From the NCBI GenBank assembly GCA_964538765.1, contig CAZIHS010000001.1, forward strand, positions 19,966 to 83,965: a stretch of DNA of 64,000 nt, in the 5' to 3' direction. This document shows positions 57,278 through 64,000 of the stretch, piece by piece (position 1 is the stretch's first letter; the number at the start of each line of letters is the position of its first letter). Origin of the DNA: an uncultured Gammaproteobacteria bacterium (GTDB taxonomy: Bacteria; Patescibacteriota; Microgenomatia; UBA12405). A program made the translations under genes and the position numbers. A model generated the notes under the pieces. It saw only the letters and a list, made by a program, of their open reading frames with translations, was not told the origin of the DNA and did not search any database.

Positions 57278-57763
57278 TTACCAACGCAAGTGGGCAAAGG
57301 CTTTGTTGGCTTCGGCCATTTTTTCAACTTCCATACGCTTAGCAACTGCCGAGCCTTCGTTTTTGTAGGCGGAGACAATTTCCGAGGCTAATTTTTCGGC
57401 AAAAGTGTGAAACTGTTTGCTGGGTTTTAGCCGTGATGAAGTGATCAGCCAACGAAGAGCCAAGGCGTTTTGGCGATGATAGCGGACAGCGGTTGGAACC
57501 TGATAGACAGCGCCGCCAATACGCCGGGGCCTAACCTCGACCTTTGGACGAATATTACTAAGAGCAATATCAAAAATCGCGAGAGGATCTTCCTGTCCAC
57601 CAATTTCTTTTTTGGCGATTTGCAAAGCATTATAGACTTGCTTCTCGGCGGCAGATTTCTTGCCGTCTTTCATAGCTGAGTTTATTAATTTGGTGACAAC
57701 GGGACTTTGATGAACAAAATCGGGAGGGGTAATTTTGATTTTTGCTTGTCCTTTGCGGGCCAT
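57278..57763 (-). CDS. rpsG: 30S ribosomal protein S7
   Basis: M.DGKKS.A, P.VEVR.RR.GGA.YQVP, MAEANKAFAH.RW. Confidence 0.96.
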   Translation of the reverse strand: MARKGQAKIKITPPDFVHQSPVVTKLINSAMKDGKKSAAEKQVYNALQIAKKEIGGQEDPLAIFDIALSNIRPKVEVRPRRIGGAVYQVPTAVRYHRQNALALRWLITSSRLKPSKQFHTFAEKLASEIVSAYKNEGSAVAKRMEVEKMAEANKAFAHLRW

Positions 57764-57778
57764 GGTTAGAAGTGATTA

Positions 57779-58201
57779 TTAATTTGTAGATTTGGCCGGA
57801 CGTTTGGTGCCATATTTGCTTCGAGACTGGCCCCGACCGTTAACGCCGGAAGCGTCGTACTTGCCTCTTACTACATGGTAGCGGATTCCCGGAAGGTCAC
57901 GAACACGTCCGCCGCGAATGCTGACGATGCCGTGTTCGGCCAGATTGTGGCCGATGCCGGGAATGTAGGCGGTTACTAAAGTGCGGTTACTCAATTTAAT
58001 TTTTGCGACTTTTCTTAAAGCTGAATGCGGTTTTTTGGGAGTCATGGTCTTGACAACAGTAACCACTCCTTTTTTAAAGGGGTTAAAGCTTTTAATAACC
58101 GTATTTTTAATACTGTTAAAGTTATTGCGAAGGGCGGCCACCTTTAGTTTTTTACTGGGTTTGACCCGACCTGTTTTAATAAGCTGGTTAAATGTGGGCA
58201 T
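57779..58201 (-). CDS. rpsL: 30S ribosomal protein S12
   Basis: MPT.NQL, TPKKP.SALRK, AYIPG.GHNL, GGRV.DLPG.RY. Confidence 0.97.
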   Translation of the reverse strand: MPTFNQLIKTGRVKPSKKLKVAALRNNFNSIKNTVIKSFNPFKKGVVTVVKTMTPKKPHSALRKVAKIKLSNRTLVTAYIPGIGHNLAEHGIVSIRGGRVRDLPGIRYHVVRGKYDASGVNGRGQSRSKYGTKRPAKSTN

Positions 58202-58208
58202 AAATTAT

Positions 58209-61200
58209 TTAGATCAAGGGCTGATTCTTGCCGACAGGAATAAGACGTCCGATAATAACATTTTCCTTCAGACCGATCAAGTTATCGACTTCGGCCAGCA
58301 AAGAGGCTTCAGTAAGGACACTGGTAGTTTGTTGGAAAGAAGCGGCTGAAAGCCACGAGCCAGTACTTAAAGCTGATTGAATTAGACCTAGTAGGACTTT
58401 TTTGGCTTTTGCCGGTTTGCCTTTGTTTTTAACTGCCTTTTCGTTTTCGCCATCAAAAACTGCCTGGGTAACAATTTGACCATAGAGGAAGTTGGTGTCA
58501 CCAGGATCTTCTATTTTGTATTTGTCACTCATTTCCTTAACAATTACTTCAAGGTGTTTGTCGTGGATGGCTATGCCCTGGGATTCATAAACAGCCTGAA
58601 TGCTATTTATGAGATATCTTTGAGCGGCCTCGATGCCTTTGACTTCAAGAACCTGGCGAACGTCGAGAGAGCCAGAGGTAAGTTGAGTGCCCTGGACTAC
58701 AAGGTCGCCGTCGCTGACCATGAGGGTTGAACTGGCGGGAAGAAGGTAAGTGACGGTTTTGGTGACATTATCTTTATCCTTTCCTGATAGCTTGATTTCG
58801 TAGCCGTCAGTGGTTTCTTTGACCTTAACTTTTCCACTTAACTCGGCAATTGGTGAGGGCAGCTTTGGCATTCTAATCTCGAATAATTCCTGTACACGAG
58901 GCAACCCCTGGGTAACGTCGACTCCAATTACTCCGCCGGTGTGTTTGGTGCGCAGAGTTAGTTGAGTGCCGGGTTCCCCGATGGATTGTGCAGCAACAAC
59001 TCCAACAGGAACACCAATTTGAACGAGTTTACGATTGGAAAGATCCCAGCCATAACAGTGACGACAAAGTCCACTTTTGGCTTGGCAGGTTAGAGGAGAT
59101 CTGATGTTTACCGATTCGACCTTACTTGAATCTATTATGGCAGCAATGGCGCTGTCGATAATATCGCCTTTTAATGCAATTTTTTGGTTTGTTTCCGGAT
59201 CAACAAGGTCGGAAGCAAGAATCCGGCCCAAAATGCGTCTTGAAAAATATCGTTCGCGGTTTTTGTCGTTGCGTTCAATCGTTAAAAACTTTTTAGTGCC
59301 ACATTCGTCTTGACGGATTATCGAGACATGAGCAGCATCAACCAAACGGCGAGTTAAATAACCGGCGTCGGCAGTTTTTAGGGCAGTGTCGGCTAAACCT
59401 TTTCGGGTGCCTCTGGCGCCAGTAACATACTCAAAAACAGATAAACCTTCGCGGAAGTTTGATTTAGTTGGCAGTTGGACAATCTTGCCGGTGGGATCAA
59501 CCATTAGTCCCCGCATACCTGAAAGCTGTTTGATCTGGTCTTTTGAGGCTCTTTTAATGCCGGCGGCGGAAACGATACGAATGGGGGTATCAATGTCAAG
59601 GGTTGACCAGGTTTTTTCGGCTATTTCTTCAGTTATCTCCATCCAAACCGTTTGGCTCAATCGCTTTTTTTCCTCATTACTGATAAGACCCATCTTAAAG
59701 TTTTCTTCGATTTGGGAAACACGCTTGTTGGCCTCGGAAATAATCGAGTCCTTTTGGGGTAAATAGCCGCAATCGGCCATAGACAAGGACAGGCCGGAAA
59801 TGGTGAAGCCTTCAAATCCGATACTCTTTAGAGAATCGATCAGCTTTACAGTGCAGTTGGTGCCGGAAACTTTCATGGCTTTAACAACAAGATCGTTTAC
59901 CGCCTTGCTACCAGCCATGGGTTCGTTGACATAATCAAATTCTTTTGGAAGGACAGAGTTAAACCAAATCCGACCGTAGGTGGTTTTGATTAACTTCCCG
60001 CCGATTCGAACCGCAACCAACTGGCGAAGCTCTATTTTTCCTGTTTGATAGGCCAATATCACTTCTTTTTCATCGGCTAAAATGGGAAGCCCTGCGAAGC
60101 TTGGGTCGGCTTCTTTGGAAAGGTCCTGGGATCTGATCGAAGTGATGTAGTAGCAACCTACAGCCATTTCCTGGGCAGGAACCGAAATAGGGCTGCCATC
60201 GGCCGGTTTGAGCAGGTTTCTCGAAGGTAACATAAGTTTTTTAGCTTCTTTTTGGGCAGCATCGGACAGTGGCAAATGAACTCCCATTTGGTCGCCGTCA
60301 AAGTCAGCGTTGAAACCCTTGCAAACGCAGGGGTGGAGCCTGATGGCCAAACCGTCTACTAATATTGGTCTGAAGGCCTGAATGGAAAGTTTGTGAAGGG
60401 TTGGCGCCCGGTTCAAAAGAACGTAACTTTTGCTGGTAATTTGTTCTAAAATGTCGTAAACCTCATTGACACGATGGTCAATCAGGTTTTTGGCGCTTTT
60501 GATGTTGGCGGCCAAACCGGTGGTAATGAGATCGCGCAAAACAAAGGGGCGGTATATTTCTAGGGCAATTTCCTTTGGCAGTCCTACCTGATTGAGCTTG
60601 AGGTCAGGTCCAACCACGATAACCGACCGGCCCGAATAGTCGACTCTTTTCCCAAGAAGGTTGCGTCTAAACCGGCCTTTCTTGCCTTTAAGAAGATCGG
60701 AAAGCGAACGGGGAGTTCTTTTTAAACTTTTACGTTTGTTTTTTAAACTTTTTTGTGAATCGATCAGGTTATCCACCGATTCCTGAAGCATTCTTTTTTC
60801 GTTTTTGAGAATGATTTCGGGGGCGGATAACTTGAGAAGCTTTTTTAACCGATTATTACGGTTGATGAGTCTTCGATAGAGATCGTTAAGATCAGAGGTA
60901 GCAAAGCGCCCGCCGGTTAGTTGAACCATGGGGCGAAGGTCGGGGGGGACAACCGGAACTTTGTCCAAAACCATCCAGGCCGGGTTGATATTGTTGCTGA
61001 CCATGCCGTTAATAATCCTGATTTTATACATGATTTTCTTCTTTTTAAGTTTGCTGCTGGTTTTTTGAAGTTCGAGTTTAAGATTTTTAACAGTGGCCGG
61101 AAAATCGAGTTGTTTTAGAACATCTAGCAGGGCTTCGGCCCCCATTTTTGCCGTAAAAAATATATCGGCTTTAAACTGGGAAAGGTAAAAACTTTCTTCG

Positions 61201-61943
61201 TCGGTAATAGTAGACAGAATTCCGACGTTGCTTACCTTTTCGGTGAGATATTTGGTCAGGCTTTCAATCCGATTTCTTTCGGAAAGAGCCTTATTTTCTA
61301 GTCGTTGAATTTCTTGTTTTAGCCGCACCTCTCTTTCCTCAATCGCAATTTGAAGCTGATCCTTGCTCTTGATTCTTTTAACAAGAAGCTTCTTTTCGGC
61401 CTCGGTTTCCTTTATTTTTGGTTCAATGGATTTTTTGGTGTCGGTTTCTATCTGCTCAAGTCTTTTTTTGGAATATGTTTTCAGGTTTTCAAGGGCTTCG
61501 TTTCTTTTTGAGTCGGTGACAGAGGTTACAAGATATTTTGTAAAATAAACAATGGCCTCCAAATCTTTTTGGGGAATGTCCAGAATGATTGATAGAGGAG
61601 ACGGGGTGTTTCGGAGATACCAGAGATGGACAATGGGGGCGGCTAAACTGATATGACCCATTCTCTCCCGCCGAACCTTGGAGGTGGTTACTTCAACGCC
61701 ACAACGGTCACAGGTAACTCCTTTAAAACGGATTTTTTTGTATTTTCCACAGTAACACTCATAGTCCCGGCTTGGACCAAATATCTTTTCGCAAAAGAGA
61801 CCGTCTTTTTCGGGCCGCCAACTGCGGTAATTAATTGTTTCCGGTTTGGTGACTTCGCCCTTGGACCAGGAAAGAATTGTTTCCGGAGAAGCCAATTTTA
61901 TTTGGAGGCCGGTGAAGTCGGTGAGACTTTTGAATTGGTTCAT
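58209..61943 (-). CDS. rpoC: RNA polymerase subunit beta'
   Basis: PETINYR, CYCGKYK..CDRC, GRFRRNLLGKRVDYSGRSVI, NADFDGDQM, QSIGEPGTQLT, GLKENVIIG. Confidence 0.98.
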   Translation of the reverse strand: MNQFKSLTDFTGLQIKLASPETILSWSKGEVTKPETINYRSWRPEKDGLFCEKIFGPSRDYECYCGKYKKIRFKGVTCDRCGVEVTTSKVRRERMGHISLAAPIVHLWYLRNTPSPLSIILDIPQKDLEAIVYFTKYLVTSVTDSKRNEALENLKTYSKKRLEQIETDTKKSIEPKIKETEAEKKLLVKRIKSKDQLQIAIEEREVRLKQEIQRLENKALSERNRIESLTKYLTEKVSNVGILSTITDEESFYLSQFKADIFFTAKMGAEALLDVLKQLDFPATVKNLKLELQKTSSKLKKKKIMYKIRIINGMVSNNINPAWMVLDKVPVVPPDLRPMVQLTGGRFATSDLNDLYRRLINRNNRLKKLLKLSAPEIILKNEKRMLQESVDNLIDSQKSLKNKRKSLKRTPRSLSDLLKGKKGRFRRNLLGKRVDYSGRSVIVVGPDLKLNQVGLPKEIALEIYRPFVLRDLITTGLAANIKSAKNLIDHRVNEVYDILEQITSKSYVLLNRAPTLHKLSIQAFRPILVDGLAIRLHPCVCKGFNADFDGDQMGVHLPLSDAAQKEAKKLMLPSRNLLKPADGSPISVPAQEMAVGCYYITSIRSQDLSKEADPSFAGLPILADEKEVILAYQTGKIELRQLVAVRIGGKLIKTTYGRIWFNSVLPKEFDYVNEPMAGSKAVNDLVVKAMKVSGTNCTVKLIDSLKSIGFEGFTISGLSLSMADCGYLPQKDSIISEANKRVSQIEENFKMGLISNEEKKRLSQTVWMEITEEIAEKTWSTLDIDTPIRIVSAAGIKRASKDQIKQLSGMRGLMVDPTGKIVQLPTKSNFREGLSVFEYVTGARGTRKGLADTALKTADAGYLTRRLVDAAHVSIIRQDECGTKKFLTIERNDKNRERYFSRRILGRILASDLVDPETNQKIALKGDIIDSAIAAIIDSSKVESVNIRSPLTCQAKSGLCRHCYGWDLSNRKLVQIGVPVGVVAAQSIGEPGTQLTLRTKHTGGVIGVDVTQGLPRVQELFEIRMPKLPSPIAELSGKVKVKETTDGYEIKLSGKDKDNVTKTVTYLLPASSTLMVSDGDLVVQGTQLTSGSLDVRQVLEVKGIEAAQRYLINSIQAVYESQGIAIHDKHLEVIVKEMSDKYKIEDPGDTNFLYGQIVTQAVFDGENEKAVKNKGKPAKAKKVLLGLIQSALSTGSWLSAASFQQTTSVLTEASLLAEVDNLIGLKENVIIGRLIPVGKNQPLI

Positions 61944-61950
61944 AAATTGT

Positions 61951-64000
61951 TTAAATTGCTTCGGTTAACGTTGTAAGGTCGATTGCTTTTGGCTCGGCTG
62001 TTTTCTCATCATCTGGAATTTTATCCTGAGTATCGGCCAGCGGTAAAATGGGGCTGCCGCCGACAGGATTTATTTCAAGCGCCAGGCCCGCCAACTCTTT
62101 AACTAAAACCTTAAATGACTCGGGAAGATCGGGAGCAGGAATAGGCAAGCCTTTTATGATAGCCTGGAAAGCATGAGTTCTTCCTTCAATGTCGTCGGAC
62201 TTAATAGTTAACATTTCCTGAAGAATATAGGCAGCCCGGTGGGCTTCCAGAGCCCAAACTTCCATTTCCCCTAATCTTTGGCCACCCATCCGTGCTTTTC
62301 CACCCAATGGTTGCTGGGTTACCAGAGAATATGGCCCAGTTGAACGGGCGTGGACTTTGTCGTCAACCATGTGAACCAGTTTTAGGATGTAGCCGACACC
62401 AACAACAGTTTTTTGGTGATAAGGGTCACCAGTCCGCCCATCAAAAAGTTGAACTTTACCGGTAGTTTCAAGGCCGGCTTTGGTTAACTCTGCCGAAATT
62501 TGACTTTCAGGATATTTATCAAAAACCGAGACAGCATAATGTTTGTTTAGACGATAACCGGCATGGGCAAGGGTAACTTCGAGAATTTGGCCAAGATTCA
62601 TCCGGGCAATAACTGACAATGGCGATATTACCAAGTCAACTGGCGTGCCGTCTTCAAGATGAGGCATGTCGTATGAGGGCATGATGCGGCATATAACACC
62701 TTTATTTCCGTGTCTTCCTGCAATTTTATCCCCTTCCTGAATGCGGCGGATTTGGGCAACATAAACTTTGACTATTTTGTTGACTCCAGGATCAAGTTCG
62801 TCAGCTTTTTCTTTGTCAAGAATTTGAACGTCAATGACAACTCCACCTTCGCCGTTTGCCACCCGTAGCGAAGTATCCTTCACCTCCCGGGCTTTTTCAC
62901 CAAATATGGCACGAAGCAATCTCTCTTCAGCAGTAAGTTCCTTTTCACCGCGGGGTTCGACTTTACCAACCAGGATATCGTTTGGACCGACAGTGGCGCC
63001 TATCATTACAATACCGTCTTCGGTTAGTTTAGCCAATTCGTTTTCAGGAACTCCAGGAATATCTTTTGTCAACTCTTCTGTTCCAAGTTTAGTTTCGACT
63101 ACTTTAGCTTCGTATTCATAGATTTGGACATTGGTGAGAACATCTTCCTTAACCAGACGGTCCGAGATGAGAAAAGAATCCTCATAACTTAAACCGTCGA
63201 TTGAAGCATAGGCCACCAAAAGGTTGCGACCAATTGAAAGTTCGCCACCGTCGGTAGATGGACCATCGGCAACAATGTCTCCAGTGTTTAGTTTGTCTCC
63301 AACTGTGACCGCCGGTTTCTGGTTGTAACAGGTACCGTAAGGTGAAGTGCGCCGGAATTTGGTTAATAAGTAGGACTCGTGGGTGCCATCATCACTGATG
63401 GTAGTGTAGCTTCGGTGGTCGGCTGGACTGACCTTGTGGTCAAGTTCGACGGTGACAAGACTGCCATCAACGTAAGAAACCTTACCTGGGTGGTTGGCAA
63501 CATAAGTTCTTTTCATAGAAGTGGCAATTGCCGTTTCAATGCCCGTACCAACTATCGGAGTTTCGGGAGAAACCAAAGGAACCGCCTGTGTTTGCATGTG
63601 GGAACCCATCAGCGCCCGGGTGGCATCATCGTGATCAACAAAAGGAATCAGCGATGCTGAAGCGCCAACGATTTGGTTAGGAACGAGATCAATGTATTTA
63701 ACTAAATCCACCGGCCCTTCTATAAACTCACCCTGATGACGAATTGGAACCCAGTCTTGATTGATAACATTATGATCATCTATCTTGACAGCCAAATGGG
63801 TTATATAGCTGTCATATTCATCATCGGCATCAAGATATATGTGATCGGAAGAAACTACGAATTTACTACCCTCTTTAGTGACTTTTCTGAAAGGGGCTTC
63901 GATAAAACCATACCGGTTAACTCGGGCATACAAGGCCAGATAGGTGACCAAACCGATATTGGGACCTTCGGGTGAACGGACGGTGCAAATCCGACCATAT
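61951..64000 (-). CDS. rpoB: RNA polymerase subunit beta, C-terminal part (5' end outside window)
   Basis: YGRICTVRSPEGPNIGL at window end, RALMGS.MQ.QA, GDK.AGRHGNKG, HARSTGPYSLVTQQPLGG, GGQR.GEMEVWALEA. Confidence 0.98.
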   Translation of the reverse strand, partial: YGRICTVRSPEGPNIGLVTYLALYARVNRYGFIEAPFRKVTKEGSKFVVSSDHIYLDADDEYDSYITHLAVKIDDHNVINQDWVPIRHQGEFIEGPVDLVKYIDLVPNQIVGASASLIPFVDHDDATRALMGSHMQTQAVPLVSPETPIVGTGIETAIATSMKRTYVANHPGKVSYVDGSLVTVELDHKVSPADHRSYTTISDDGTHESYLLTKFRRTSPYGTCYNQKPAVTVGDKLNTGDIVADGPSTDGGELSIGRNLLVAYASIDGLSYEDSFLISDRLVKEDVLTNVQIYEYEAKVVETKLGTEELTKDIPGVPENELAKLTEDGIVMIGATVGPNDILVGKVEPRGEKELTAEERLLRAIFGEKAREVKDTSLRVANGEGGVVIDVQILDKEKADELDPGVNKIVKVYVAQIRRIQEGDKIAGRHGNKGVICRIMPSYDMPHLEDGTPVDLVISPLSVIARMNLGQILEVTLAHAGYRLNKHYAVSVFDKYPESQISAELTKAGLETTGKVQLFDGRTGDPYHQKTVVGVGYILKLVHMVDDKVHARSTGPYSLVTQQPLGGKARMGGQRLGEMEVWALEAHRAAYILQEMLTIKSDDIEGRTHAFQAIIKGLPIPAPDLPESFKVLVKELAGLALEINPVGGSPILPLADTQDKIPDDEKTAEPKAIDLTTLTEAI

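Noticed and set aside
61150-61520. Charged coiled-coil insert in RpoC N-terminus
   Set aside because: Sits at the known lineage-specific beta' insertion site (as in Actinobacteria and others); not an intein and not novel
36630-64000. Many short + strand ORFs opposite ribosomal protein, EF and rpo genes
   Set aside because: Antisense shadows of conserved genes with no motifs; only 54522-55856 is a real + strand gene
1-64000. Alternative genetic code (UGA=Gly), inteins/introns, prophage, IS, retroelements, DGR
   Set aside because: Conserved genes such as ychF end properly at TGA; RecA, RpoB and RpoC show no intein-sized inserts; no transposase, integrase, reverse transcriptase or phage gene recognised

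Overview
A compact, gene-dense bacterial chromosome segment in standard genetic code 11 (TGA is used as stop). It is most consistent with a Patescibacteria/CPR (Microgenomates-like) genome: rpmD/uL30 is absent from an otherwise complete spc operon, ribosomal proteins are strongly diverged, and SD motifs are rare. The right half (36.6-64 kb, minus strand) is the rpoBC-str-S10-spc-alpha-rplM/rpsI supercluster, with two genes inserted between rpsG and fusA. The left half holds housekeeping genes (era end, obg, ychF, cca, recJ, aspS, gltX, trmD, pyk, HU, rny, recA, uppP), two tRNAs (Gln-CTG, Pro-GGG), a GldAFG-type ABC system, surface proteins and a TasA/SipW-type locus. Most notable: (1) an apparent ultrashort-Stem-I T-box leader with an Asn (AAC) specifier, a non-canonical 3' domain and an intrinsic terminator upstream of the archaeal-type aspS; (2) EF-Tu with a Planctomycete-like switch I; (3) natural substitutions at known antibiotic-resistance or decoding sites in uS12 and EF-G; (4) a tasA-sipW-tasA-sipW locus plus a possible TasA-FN3-TM anchor; (5) widespread leaderless-type promoters; (6) a homopolymer frameshift in an ABC permease. 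All family assignments are by eye from motifs; no searches were run.
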